Of a stretch of 64,000 bases of DNA, positions 18,552 to 28,321 are shown in pieces. The position numbers were made by a program, and so were the translations under genes. The stretch is from IMG/VR virus record IMGVR_UViG_3300023174_006137, positions 1 to 64,000 of that record. One strand, 5' to 3'. The stretch's first letter is position 1. Every line of letters begins with the position of its first letter. The DNA comes from a virus. The notes under the pieces were generated by a model that worked only from the letters and a program-made list of their open reading frames with translations, was not told the origin of the DNA and searched no databases.

Positions 18552-19187
18552 TTATCTTGATAATAATTTTATTAAATCTTCTGTTATAATTGAGATTAAT
18601 TTTTTACCGTCAACAGTAATTAATGGAACATTTTTAATCCAAGAGTATTTATCATCGCCATCAATTTCTATTTGATTAATTTTTTCAACTAATTTTGGAT
18701 TTTTAGCGAATTTTTGCTGATAATAACCTTTAAGATCATTTGTAAATCTACCTAAATCAAAACCTTTTTGTAGATTATATTTAATCATTTGCAATTCATT
18801 ATTTTGCTTTTCAATCATTATATACCAAATAGAAGATTTAGGAATTTTAACATTTTCCATGAAATTTAAACTTTTAGAAGCTTTAGCACCTTTTGGCATT
18901 TTAGCAACTTTCCCGATAAATTCTACTTTACCTTCTTTAACTTCATCATATGGAATTTGACCATGATTTACCATTTCATCTTTATCTTCTGATTCTGGTA
19001 TAGTATAATCATTTCCTTCGGCAGTTTGTGCCTTTGGTCTCATATAACGAGTGCTTTGTTGTAATTCAGTTTTAGTAGTTGCTTTTGGCAAATTAGGTTT
19101 GCCAGTAAAATCTTCTGGTTGAACAGAAAACGAATTTTCATTCATTTCCGAAAATTTTTTAAACGATGATATTTTTTTATCTGCCAT
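18552..19187 (-). CDS. hypothetical late protein with leader-like N-terminus
   Basis: KISSFKKFSEMNE; TAATATATA at 19210-19218. Confidence 0.7.
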   Translation of the reverse strand: MADKKISSFKKFSEMNENSFSVQPEDFTGKPNLPKATTKTELQQSTRYMRPKAQTAEGNDYTIPESEDKDEMVNHGQIPYDEVKEGKVEFIGKVAKMPKGAKASKSLNFMENVKIPKSSIWYIMIEKQNNELQMIKYNLQKGFDLGRFTNDLKGYYQQKFAKNPKLVEKINQIEIDGDDKYSWIKNVPLITVDGKKLISIITEDLIKLLSR

Positions 19188-19235
19188 ATTTTTATTTAAA
19201 TTATTATATTATATATTAAATTACTATATTGTTTT

Positions 19236-19493
19236 TTAATTTACATGTTTATACCAATACTTATTTACAGTAAAGTTTCTCCAATTTTTAATTATATTAA
19301 ACTCATCAAAGAATAATGAAATTAATAATCTTAATTTATCTAAAAATCCAGCCATTATAGGACTATTAAATATATATGGACTCAAACTTTTGTTCAAAAT
19401 TTCTGTTTCGTAATCAACATAATTTTTGGTTGTATCATCATTCATATGATAAAATTGGTGTAATTCTGGAATATATTGTTTATCGTAAAGCAT
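19236..19493 (-). CDS. hypothetical protein, probably baseplate-associated
   Basis: Directly downstream of the baseplate wedge gene. Confidence 0.55.
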   Translation of the reverse strand: MLYDKQYIPELHQFYHMNDDTTKNYVDYETEILNKSLSPYIFNSPIMAGFLDKLRLLISLFFDEFNIIKNWRNFTVNKYWYKHVN

Positions 19494-19508
19494 TTAATTA
19501 ATTTATTT

Positions 19509-21251
19509 TTATGCGGTTATACTTGGTCTTTGTGAAGCATCTACCGTACTTTGATAAAATACATTGAGTGATTTTAAACCACCTGCATTTATATCATCGC
19601 TATAATATATATTGTTTCTATCATACCAACCACCTTTAATTACAGGAACTTCATTTGGATCAAATAATATATCGCCTAAAACTGGATCAATTCCTATAAC
19701 TGCTGAAGCAGTATAACCTAAATTTGACTGAACAGTTGATAATTGAAATGAACCTTCCGCTGTTTGTTGTGAATAATTTATTCTTGTTTGATTTGCTGAA
19801 TGAAAATCTTCATTTTTCTTACATACAAAATTTACATCCACAGAATAAATATCTCCAATAGAAGTTAATGCTGAAATAATATCTGCTTTTGGTATTCTAC
19901 CTATTTTTTTCAAATCTAAAAAGTAATCTGAAATAGCATTATGTATTTGTAATGTTACATTATCTTGTGTTGCATCCGAATAAATAATTACAAATACATT
20001 TATAATATACAACGATAGTAAAGGTGATTGTATATTATATCTTCTTGAAATCATTATATTACCACCAGATTTTAAATAATTATCAATTTTAGAAATCTCA
20101 TAAGAATCTAATTGAAAAGCAACTAGTGGTATAGAAAAATAATCTGAATTTTGATTTTTAAATAAAACTATATTAGGCGTAACCATAATATATATAGAAC
20201 CATATTGCTCATAAGCATTAACATATGAAAAAACACCTAATCTTTTTATAGCAAATGCGTATTGTTGTGGTAATCCTAAAACAAAATTATTACTTGATAT
20301 AGGAAGCATATTTTTCGTAAATTGTGTTGATTCAGCATCTGCTCCAAAATTAATATCATTATAAAATGAAATATCAAAATATTTTGTTACATCTATTGAA
20401 TTACCAAACCCATCAATAGCCATTTCTGTAAATTGCCAATCATTTATAGTTCTTCTAAAGATATTACCATTTGCACCATCAGTTAATATATAGTTAATCA
20501 CAATTGTTGAACCAGATTTTGGAATAGCACCAAAAGCACCATTTCCAAATATAATATCAATCCCACCAGAATAACCAGTTCTAATGACACATGCTTGTTC
20601 GTCTGTTCCTAAATCATATAACCAAGTTTTATTTGACCAACGAACACCATCAACAATGACTTGAACATTAAAATTTTCAACATCTTGTGTGCCTCTATTA
20701 TTAACATTAAAAGTTTGGTTTATTTGTCCAGTTCCAGTAAAAGTTGTATTTGTCCATTTACCTTGAATTATGTTGAAATAGATTTTACTAGTTTTTGTAA
20801 TAAAAAATGTTTGTTTATCTTCAACTAAATTAATTGAATAATATAAACCATTAGTTTTATTTTTTAAACTTTGTTGATTATTTAAAGTAATTCTACCACC
20901 TGGTATATTAGAAGAAATATCTGTAGTTAATTTTACCGTCATTGCTAATGCACCAGAAGCACTAATTGCTCTACCAGGAATATAACCAGCCACTATTGCT
21001 GCGTTCCTAATTACTTTTTTATTAGTAGCATTATTATCAGATAAATCTAAATTTTTAACTACATTTTTTAAATATAATAAAGATAATTGGAATAGGTTTT
21101 CAACTACAAAAAGAATTTGCCCGTATGGGCTCGCCTCGCTAAAAAGTATATTACTGCTATTATATTCTTGTTTTAAATAATTTTCAATTTGTCTTTTTAT
21201 ATTAACAAATGTTATTTCGGTAAATAATGTTGTATTTGAAGTATTGGCCAT
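19509..21251 (-). CDS. baseplate wedge subunit (T4 gp6-like / baseplate J family)
   Basis: GY.PGRAISASG, IIQG, IIFGNGAFGAIP, Y..TDGANGN, GADAES. Confidence 0.8.
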   Translation of the reverse strand: MANTSNTTLFTEITFVNIKRQIENYLKQEYNSSNILFSEASPYGQILFVVENLFQLSLLYLKNVVKNLDLSDNNATNKKVIRNAAIVAGYIPGRAISASGALAMTVKLTTDISSNIPGGRITLNNQQSLKNKTNGLYYSINLVEDKQTFFITKTSKIYFNIIQGKWTNTTFTGTGQINQTFNVNNRGTQDVENFNVQVIVDGVRWSNKTWLYDLGTDEQACVIRTGYSGGIDIIFGNGAFGAIPKSGSTIVINYILTDGANGNIFRRTINDWQFTEMAIDGFGNSIDVTKYFDISFYNDINFGADAESTQFTKNMLPISSNNFVLGLPQQYAFAIKRLGVFSYVNAYEQYGSIYIMVTPNIVLFKNQNSDYFSIPLVAFQLDSYEISKIDNYLKSGGNIMISRRYNIQSPLLSLYIINVFVIIYSDATQDNVTLQIHNAISDYFLDLKKIGRIPKADIISALTSIGDIYSVDVNFVCKKNEDFHSANQTRINYSQQTAEGSFQLSTVQSNLGYTASAVIGIDPVLGDILFDPNEVPVIKGGWYDRNNIYYSDDINAGGLKSLNVFYQSTVDASQRPSITA

Positions 21252-21313
21252 TTTTAAGGTAATTTATAGTTTATATATTAAATTATTTTGTATCTATATT
21301 TAATATATAGATT

Positions 21314-22024
21314 ATGACACTTCAAGACGTAATTAATTTTTTAAAACAATATGGTTTAAACGGTGGTTTTTTGATTATAGTTAGTTTTATAATTTGGCAG
21401 ATTCTTAAAACTGATTATGTTGGTAAAAAAATTACTGGATTATTAGATAATTGGTTTAAAAGAAAACCTAAAAATTCAATTAACATATCACATGTAGTTA
21501 ATCATAATATGTTTAATTATATTGATTTTTGGATTTATTCAAAAGTTCCAACACTAAACTTTGCAACTGAATATAGAACAATTATATTTAGAAAATATCT
21601 TACTATACTTTTGATGAAATATAGGGACAATGTTCAAAAATATATTTCTTCTGCAATTTATGAAAAAATGGATGAACAAGAATTATGGAAATCTATTTTA
21701 AGTTTATTAAATACTATTGTGTATGATTATGAAAAAGAAATGGAATCATTAGGCATTCCTAAAATTGTAATTAATAAAATGAAAGCAAGGAATAATGAAA
21801 CAATTACTTTAATTATTGAATTAACAGAAAGTGTTTGTTCTTGTGAATTTTATAATTCGGAACATAATTTATTAAAAATATACACTATTCAAAATATACT
21901 TTTATCAGTATTACAAAATGCAATTGCAAATTCGGAAATTGTTTGTAATACAATAAATGGTGATTTAAAAGGACAATTTGTAATGGTTGATGGTAAAAAG
22001 ATAACCGAAAAAGACGAGCATTAA
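21314..22024 (+). CDS. membrane-anchored late protein (possible holin-like)
   Basis: Single N-terminal TM segment (GGFLIIVSFIIWQIL) plus a soluble domain; TAATATATA at 21301-21309. Confidence 0.5.
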   Translation: MTLQDVINFLKQYGLNGGFLIIVSFIIWQILKTDYVGKKITGLLDNWFKRKPKNSINISHVVNHNMFNYIDFWIYSKVPTLNFATEYRTIIFRKYLTILLMKYRDNVQKYISSAIYEKMDEQELWKSILSLLNTIVYDYEKEMESLGIPKIVINKMKARNNETITLIIELTESVCSCEFYNSEHNLLKIYTIQNILLSVLQNAIANSEIVCNTINGDLKGQFVMVDGKKITEKDEH

Positions 22025-22045
22025 AAAAGCGGCTAAGCCGCTTTT
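22025..22045. terminator. bidirectional intrinsic terminator
   Basis: aaaagcggct-a-agccgctttt. Confidence 0.8.
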
Positions 22046-22232
22046 ACCATTTTTTATCTTTTCTTGCAGCATACCATATAAAATTATCAACTAAATTATA
22101 TGTTTTACCATCTTTTAAAAATAATTTAGTAATTATTTTTCTTCTTTTTCTATCATTATATGTAATGAATTTATCAACGTTGTTAGGATCAATATTTTCA
22201 CTAATTAATCTTTTTTTAAAATCTTCACTCAT
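22044..22232 (-). CDS. hypothetical protein
   Basis: 62 aa ORF in a co-directional run. Confidence 0.55.
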   Translation of the reverse strand: MSEDFKKRLISENIDPNNVDKFITYNDRKRRKIITKLFLKDGKTYNLVDNFIWYAARKDKKW

Positions 22233-22260
22233 TATTTTCTTTATTTTATGGTAAAATGGT

Positions 22261-22866
22261 TTAATTAAACCATTTTACAGTTGTATCTCCATTATGTCCC
22301 TTTTCCCATACATACCAAGCATAAGCTACTGCTGACCCACCATTTTCTTTCATCTATTGGAAATCGGCATTTTTAGCACAAGTAATTCTTGAACTCGAAA
22401 CCCATATCCTTTTAGGTGGATATTTTTCAAATAACTTTTTTCTTGCCTTACCTTCCATAAATTGTAATTTAAGAAACATAATTACTTTATTTCCTTCTGT
22501 TACAACTTCCATTCCTTTTTCAACAAATTCTTGTGCAAATTTATAGGGCGGATTGGTGATCACATCACCATCAAAACTTTTATTACAAGTTAAAAAATCT
22601 ATTCCAGATTTTCCAAATCCTCTATCAATTAAATCGCTTGATATAACTTTATGTCCTGCTGCCTCAAACACTTTTGACAATTCACCTGAACCACAAGCTG
22701 CTTCCCAAATGTTTTGATTAAGTGTTTCTAATTTAAGTAACCATTCTGCTGCTACAGGATCGGTAGCATACCAATCATTAGTTTCTCTTTCTTCATCTGT
22801 ATGGTTTGAAGCACCTAATGTCTTATAAATTGAATTTTTATTTCCTTTCCAATCTTTATTTGCCAT
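22261..22866 (-). pseudogene. amino-(N6-adenine) DNA methyltransferase-like gene interrupted by an in-frame TAG at 22354-22356
   Basis: DWYATD, IWEAACGSG, SSDL, ITNPPY; frame continues past the TAG as MKENGGSAVAYAWYVWEKGHNGDTTVKWFN to TAA at 22261. Confidence 0.7.
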
Positions 22867-22898
22867 AATTATTTAATCTATTTTTCTTTATAATTCTA

Positions 22899-23423
22899 TT
22901 AGAATGCAAAACTATAAACTGTATCTATTTCAAATTCCGAATCTGTTAATTTTAAGTCATAAGAATTAAAATTTGCAAAATCTAAATCATCCGCTTCGAT
23001 TCTTCTATCAACCGAATCATTATTATCATATCTATTTTGAATTCGCTTTTTTCTTGTATCAGCATCGATGTCTATATAAGTGATAAAACATCTTTTACGA
23101 TCTTCTTCTGTTAATTGTGATAATTCATTTGGTGTCATAATAAATATATTATTGGTATCAAAATTTTCTTTTGTAATACCATAATACCAATCTACACCAT
23201 TAATTATGAATTTTTGATAAACTTTAATTTGATTATTATTTAATAATATTTCAAATTGTTGATTATTTGTAAATAAATAATCAACCCCATTTAATTCTCC
23301 TTCTCTCGGAGGTCTTGTTGTTATTTTTGGAGAATATCTTTCGCCTTTTTGTATTAAACCAATCAATAAATGCGATTTGCCCGAACCAGATTTACCTAGT
23401 ATAATAAACTTTTCTTGTTTCAT
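22899..23423 (-). CDS. gmk: guanylate kinase-like protein
   Basis: GKSGSGKS, TTRPPREGELNGVDYLF, WYYG. Confidence 0.85.
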   Translation of the reverse strand: MKQEKFIILGKSGSGKSHLLIGLIQKGERYSPKITTRPPREGELNGVDYLFTNNQQFEILLNNNQIKVYQKFIINGVDWYYGITKENFDTNNIFIMTPNELSQLTEEDRKRCFITYIDIDADTRKKRIQNRYDNNDSVDRRIEADDLDFANFNSYDLKLTDSEFEIDTVYSFAF

Positions 23424-23452
23424 AAAAATTATATTTATGAAATAAAAATAGT

Positions 23453-23776
23453 TTATTTTTTAGCAAAACTGCTAAATTTTTTTAATTTACTTTTTTTACT
23501 TTTTTTCAGCTCTTTTGTATAATCTTGTTTTAAATCAAATAGTTTTTTTGAAGCACCTTTTTTGGCTGCTTCTTTTTGATAAGGATTACCAGATAATGTT
23601 GTACCAACATCGCCGGAACCAATTGTTCCACCACCCGAAGTAAATGCTGAGCCAATTGTTGAGCCAGCATTTAAAGAAGGTTGAGCCGCAGTAACACTTC
23701 CCATACCAGCGGTATTTGATGCATTAGCAGTTGCATCTTCTGTTATTATTTCGATTACTTTAACTTCTATATTCAT
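23453..23776 (-). CDS. hypothetical Gly/Ser/Ala-rich late protein
   Basis: TEDATANASNTAGMG; C-terminal KLKKFSSF copy of the leader motif. Confidence 0.65.
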   Translation of the reverse strand: MNIEVKVIEIITEDATANASNTAGMGSVTAAQPSLNAGSTIGSAFTSGGGTIGSGDVGTTLSGNPYQKEAAKKGASKKLFDLKQDYTKELKKSKKSKLKKFSSFAKK

Positions 23777-23791
23777 ATAAGTATATATTTT

Positions 23792-24145
23792 TTATTGAAT
23801 TTTATTTATATTCTTTTTAACATAATCATTCCAATTCATAACTGGTTGTTCCTCTTTTTCTTTTTCCGCTTCTTCTGTTTCTTCTAAATTTTTTTGAATT
23901 TTGAATTTTTTCTTCTGTTTTGCCTTTACTTCATCATTTGGTTCTTCTTCAGAAATATCATATGTTTCAGAATCTAAATTTTGTGTATTATTCATATTAA
24001 TACCACCAGAATTAACTTGAATTGAATTCGGTGTTACTTCTGATTGTGTTGTAGTTGGATTGTTAAATACTTCTCCAGCTCTACCTGTAGCAAGCCCACC
24101 TGTTGCGGATGTTCCATTTTCATTGAAACTTTTTAAATATCTCAT
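23792..24145 (-). CDS. hypothetical protein with MRYLKSFNE leader
   Basis: Leader motif; TAATATATA at 24150-24158. Confidence 0.7.
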   Translation of the reverse strand: MRYLKSFNENGTSATGGLATGRAGEVFNNPTTTQSEVTPNSIQVNSGGINMNNTQNLDSETYDISEEEPNDEVKAKQKKKFKIQKNLEETEEAEKEKEEQPVMNWNDYVKKNINKIQ

Positions 24146-24155
24146 ATTTTATATA

Positions 24156-25034
24156 TTAAATATTATATTCATTTTCATTTAGTTTATTTTTCGAACTATT
24201 TATTCTCCTTTTTGTAATACATAAATTATCTAATTTTGATATATCTTCAACTGGTATTCCATTAATAAATCCAAAATAAACTGATATTTTATGATCTATT
24301 GTTGGATAATTTTTATCATTAGGATCTAAATTAAAATTTTCGAAAATATATTCTCCGTCATAGTAATCATAACCATTCCAATTTGTGAATAATTTATACT
24401 TTATTAAATTAGTTTCATTAACCACATCTCTTCTATAAATTTGGTAATCAGTTTTAAAAATATCCGGTATCTGATTTAAATTTTTAATCTTTGTATTTTT
24501 AATCTTTTGTTTTATTTCCTCTGATTGGCCAGGGTTTATAACACCATATTTTTCTAAATTAATAATTTTAATTTTTCCTTTTATTTCTTCTGATTGAAAA
24601 GAATTTTTAACACCATATTTATTTAAGCATGTAGTTTGCATTTTTTCTTTAATGCACGAATTTTGTGCAGGTGTTTTTGTTCCATATTTTTTAATATTAG
24701 TATTTTCAATTTTATTTTTAATCTTTTCTGATTTAGCAGGATTATCTACACCATATTTATCAAGAATAGTTTGTTTAGATTTATCACTTGCGCATTTTAT
24801 ACTACACGAATAGCAGTTATATTTATCAAAATTTTTCCTATAAACATAATATTTTAATTCTTTCTCTTGACCGCAAATATCACATTTAACTTTTACAATA
24901 GCAGTTGATTTATCTAATAAATCTTCAACCTTTACCTCTGTAATTTCGTTTTTCTTACAAACATATCCTTTATTTCTATATTTTGTTATATGCTGTGCAT
25001 TCATCCTAATTAAAACCTTTTCTGTTAATATCAT
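24156..25034 (-). CDS. HNH-type endonuclease with Zn-ribbon and KYG repeats
   Basis: KCDICG, CSIKC, four KYG repeats, C-terminal PTIDHKIS..NLCITKRRINSSKN. Confidence 0.7.
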   Translation of the reverse strand: MILTEKVLIRMNAQHITKYRNKGYVCKKNEITEVKVEDLLDKSTAIVKVKCDICGQEKELKYYVYRKNFDKYNCYSCSIKCASDKSKQTILDKYGVDNPAKSEKIKNKIENTNIKKYGTKTPAQNSCIKEKMQTTCLNKYGVKNSFQSEEIKGKIKIINLEKYGVINPGQSEEIKQKIKNTKIKNLNQIPDIFKTDYQIYRRDVVNETNLIKYKLFTNWNGYDYYDGEYIFENFNLDPNDKNYPTIDHKISVYFGFINGIPVEDISKLDNLCITKRRINSSKNKLNENEYNI

Positions 25035-25082
25035 AAACTATTATTATAATTTTTATATAATATATATTAAAAATAAAATACC

Positions 25083-25114
25083 TAAAATAAACAATTTTAT
25101 TAAAATAAACAATT
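25083..25114 (+). repeat. 14-bp direct repeat taaaataaacaatt x2, candidate operator
   Basis: Copies at 25083-25096 and 25101-25114, directly before the ATG of a small RHH gene. Confidence 0.6.
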
Positions 25115-25282
25115 ATGAAAAATAAAGTCTCTAAAACATTTTCTATATCTGAAGAAACCTATGAAAAATTCATGGAAATTATAGAAAAAGAAAATTTAAA
25201 TAAATCTAAATTAATAGAAAAATGGATAATAAGTTTTATTGCTGGATATGATTTAACAAACGAAATTAAAAAGGAAAATTAA
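25115..25282 (+). CDS. small ribbon-helix-helix DNA-binding protein (not in the ORF track)
   Basis: 55 aa MKNKVSKTFSISEETYEKFMEIIEKENLNKSKLIEKWI...; beta-strand/helix/NxSxxI RHH pattern. Confidence 0.7.
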   Translation: MKNKVSKTFSISEETYEKFMEIIEKENLNKSKLIEKWIISFIAGYDLTNEIKKEN

Positions 25283-25896
25283 ATTATTTTAACCTTTACT
25301 TTTCTATCTTGAATAATTTTTTCTAAATCTTCTTTAGTAAAATTTCTTTTATAAATATCATTACTATCAACTGATAATAGAGTCCAATTATTTTTATCAC
25401 CAGTTTCATAAATATATTTTTTACCACTATCATCAATTTCAATTGTTTTAGAAGATAATTGATCATAAAATTTCTTTATATCATCACCTATTTTGTAAAT
25501 ATTTGTAATTTCCCATTTTTTAAGTGCATTATTATATGCTTGTAAAAGTAAATAATATGGCGTGTCTAATTCATTTTGTTTTTTATTATAAATAAACATA
25601 AATCTTGCTGGTGTATCTAAAAATGTTTCAAAATCTGTGGAAAGTTGCATATTAGATTTTTTAAGATCTAAATTAGATAATTTAGATATAAAATCAGTAT
25701 TTTTATCAAGTGCTTCTAAATCTATATTAGTATCTTTTGCTAATTGTAAAGTGGAAAAAATATCAATTGGTTTAGCATCAATTGAACTTAATAAAGAATC
25801 AAACCAAATATTTAATGACTCGTTTATATCAAATTCCATATCAATTAAATCAATAATTAATGATTCTTTGAATGTATTAAATTTTTTAATCCACAT
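25279..25896 (-). CDS. hypothetical protein with leader (MWIKKFNTFKES)
   Basis: Leader motif; late motif upstream. Confidence 0.7.
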   Translation of the reverse strand: MWIKKFNTFKESLIIDLIDMEFDINESLNIWFDSLLSSIDAKPIDIFSTLQLAKDTNIDLEALDKNTDFISKLSNLDLKKSNMQLSTDFETFLDTPARFMFIYNKKQNELDTPYYLLLQAYNNALKKWEITNIYKIGDDIKKFYDQLSSKTIEIDDSGKKYIYETGDKNNWTLLSVDSNDIYKRNFTKEDLEKIIQDRKVKVKII

Positions 25897-25908
25897 TTAT
25901 AAATAGTA

Positions 25909-25928
25909 TTTTTAATATATATTAAAAA
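25909..25928. promoter_or_regulatory. perfect 20-bp palindrome carrying TAATATATA on both strands (divergent late promoters)
   Basis: tttttaatatatattaaaaa between two divergent leader-bearing genes. Confidence 0.6.
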
Positions 25929-25940
25929 AGTTATTATAAA

Positions 25941-27353
25941 ATGACTCTATTAAAAAGGTATTCTATGATTAATGAAGCAAAAGATGAGGCTGTTTATCGT
26001 CCTACATATTTAATAAACGAATTATGTACTTCTTTGGTTTTATTAAATAATCAATTTTTAGATAATATACTTGATAGAGGTTTACGTGCCAGATATCAAG
26101 AAAATACAGATGTATTCTTAAACGATTTAAAAAATATTTTAACAGGTAAAGGAAGATTACATTTAGGTAAATTTATTAACAATAAATGTGTTAAAGATAC
26201 TGAATATGGCAATCTTAATAAATTAATTGATTCATTAGAATTTAAAATTGATGATGATTGGCATATGTTAGTTGATGCGAGAATTGCTGCCAGAAATATC
26301 ATAGATAAAATGATTCCTGGTGATAAGTTAAGAGAAGAAATGATAGAAGCAATTTATTGGATTGGACCGAACAAAGATGAGGAATACCAAGAAGATATAG
26401 TTGTAGAATTAAAAGATGGTCGTCAATTTTCATTTTTCTTAAATAAAAATGTAACGCTTTATAAAACTGCTGCTTTTAATAAATTTGCTGATGAATTGAT
26501 TGGTAATGAATTTGAAAATATGTTTGGACCACAATATATAGCAAAATGGAATCAATTAGCTAGAAGATGGGTTGAAATTATTTACGAAAATGCCACAAAA
26601 AATATTCAATTTTATATTGAAAAATTTATTGAACCTCAAAAAATATCAAGTTTAATTTATTTTGAATATTTTGATTTAGAACATAGAGATCCTCGGTTTA
26701 AAAACCTTGGAGAATATATTAAAGAATTAGATGGTAATTTTTTAAAATTTTCTGATTTAATGGCTGCTATTTGGAAAAATAGAGAAAAATGTTTCACTGA
26801 TGTTGATAAAGTTTTTAATGAGTGGATGGAAGAAAAAGTAGTTGTTTTGAATTCAAGAATACTTGAACATTTATTAACTGAATCTTTAACAAAAAGAGCA
26901 ATTGGAGATATTAAAAGATTAGAGGATGGAATGAAAGAAGCTTCTGGTAGAGTAAAAATGAAATTAGTGAAAACCATAGTTCAAAAATTAGGTTGCAGAA
27001 ATAGAAATCAATTTTATTTAGGAAATAATGGTAATATATTTACACTTGTTCCTACCGTAACTTTTTTTAGAGAAGGTTATGAATATATTGATGTCTTATT
27101 TGATTATCATGTAGAATTAACGGTTAAAAAAGAAGAAAGAAAAAATGACTTTCAAATTAAAATAATTTTAAAATTAGAAGATAAAGAATTGATGAATTGT
27201 GAAGTTGGTGTAAATTTTGGAAGAAAAGAGATGTCAGGTCACCTTTCGGCCCGCTACAAATTTGGCTTTTCTTCTGATTTTAATGACATTATACAATCTA
27301 AACAAGTTAAACCAAAAGAAATAGGTGGCGATGAAATATCTAAAGAAATTTAG
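25941..27353 (+). CDS. large hypothetical protein with leader-like N-terminus, possible degenerate PD-(D/E)XK fold
   Basis: MTLLKRYSMINEA; YWIGP..EDIVVELKDGRQFSF. Confidence 0.65.
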   Translation: MTLLKRYSMINEAKDEAVYRPTYLINELCTSLVLLNNQFLDNILDRGLRARYQENTDVFLNDLKNILTGKGRLHLGKFINNKCVKDTEYGNLNKLIDSLEFKIDDDWHMLVDARIAARNIIDKMIPGDKLREEMIEAIYWIGPNKDEEYQEDIVVELKDGRQFSFFLNKNVTLYKTAAFNKFADELIGNEFENMFGPQYIAKWNQLARRWVEIIYENATKNIQFYIEKFIEPQKISSLIYFEYFDLEHRDPRFKNLGEYIKELDGNFLKFSDLMAAIWKNREKCFTDVDKVFNEWMEEKVVVLNSRILEHLLTESLTKRAIGDIKRLEDGMKEASGRVKMKLVKTIVQKLGCRNRNQFYLGNNGNIFTLVPTVTFFREGYEYIDVLFDYHVELTVKKEERKNDFQIKIILKLEDKELMNCEVGVNFGRKEMSGHLSARYKFGFSSDFNDIIQSKQVKPKEIGGDEISKEI

Positions 27354-27600
27354 TGAAAATCAAGTCAAGTTTGATTATGATTACATTATTGATATATTAA
27401 CTTCAAAAGAATATGAATGGGGTAATGTTATAGTTAATGAAATTAAAGAATTTGAAAATTCAGAGCCTTTACCTTCTGGTGATGACGATTATATTGTGCA
27501 ATTTAATCATTGGTTATATAAAAAATTCAAAAATCCCAGAACTTTTAGAGATGATTTAGTGGTTAAGAGACCTACAAGTTGGTATTACAAAAGAACTTAA
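27331..27600 (+). CDS. hypothetical protein with MKYLKKFSE leader
   Basis: ATG at 27331 gives the leader motif. Confidence 0.7.
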   Translation: MKYLKKFSENQVKFDYDYIIDILTSKEYEWGNVIVNEIKEFENSEPLPSGDDDYIVQFNHWLYKKFKNPRTFRDDLVVKRPTSWYYKRT

Positions 27601-27651
27601 TAAATTTAAACTTTTTAATTTTTTTTTATAGAAAAATAAAAAGTTTTTTAA

Positions 27652-28083
27652 ATGTCACAAGCAATAATTAAAACTAATCGTGGTGATATGACTATTGAAT
27701 TTTATGATAGTGATGCGCCAAATACCGTTCAAAACTTTCAAAAATTAGCATTATCAGGATTTTATAATGGCTTAACTTTTCATAGAGTTTTACCAAATTT
27801 CGTAATTCAAGGAGGTTGTCCTAATGGGAATGGCTCTGGTGATCCAGGATATTCTATACCATGTGAATTAAATGGTAATAATCAATATCATGATAGAGGT
27901 GTTCTTTCTATGGCACATGCTGGAAGAAATACAGGTGGTTCGCAATTTTTCATCTGCCATAACAGAGAGATGACAAAGCATTTAGATAGACATCATACTT
28001 GTTTTGGCAAAGTAATTGAAGGACTAGATATAATTGATCAAATTCAACAAAATGATACAATACTAAGTATTGAAATAAAATAA
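27652..28083 (+). CDS. cyclophilin-type peptidyl-prolyl isomerase
   Basis: APNTVQNF, FYNGLTFHRV..FVIQGG, LSMAHAG.NTGGSQFFI, HTCFG. Confidence 0.95.
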   Translation: MSQAIIKTNRGDMTIEFYDSDAPNTVQNFQKLALSGFYNGLTFHRVLPNFVIQGGCPNGNGSGDPGYSIPCELNGNNQYHDRGVLSMAHAGRNTGGSQFFICHNREMTKHLDRHHTCFGKVIEGLDIIDQIQQNDTILSIEIK

Positions 28084-28092
28084 ACAAAAAAC

Positions 28093-28317
28093 ATGGGAAA
28101 GGCAAAAAAAGAACACAGAAAAAAGATAGCAAAAAGAAATGCTGAAATAAAAGCAATTCAAAAGAAATTTGAAAAATCTAGACAAGAACAATTAATGGAA
28201 TTAATTCAAAGAGAAAAAGCAGCAGGAGCTTTTAATGCTCCAAGTGTTAAAAAAGATGACATCATTGGTGCGCCTTCTGTAACATTAACTGATCAACAAC
28301 AAGGACCAATTATTTAA
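28093..28317 (+). CDS. hypothetical basic protein
   Basis: 74 aa, MGKAKKEHRKKIAKRN. Confidence 0.7.
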   Translation: MGKAKKEHRKKIAKRNAEIKAIQKKFEKSRQEQLMELIQREKAAGAFNAPSVKKDDIIGAPSVTLTDQQQGPII

Positions 28318-28321
28318 AAAT

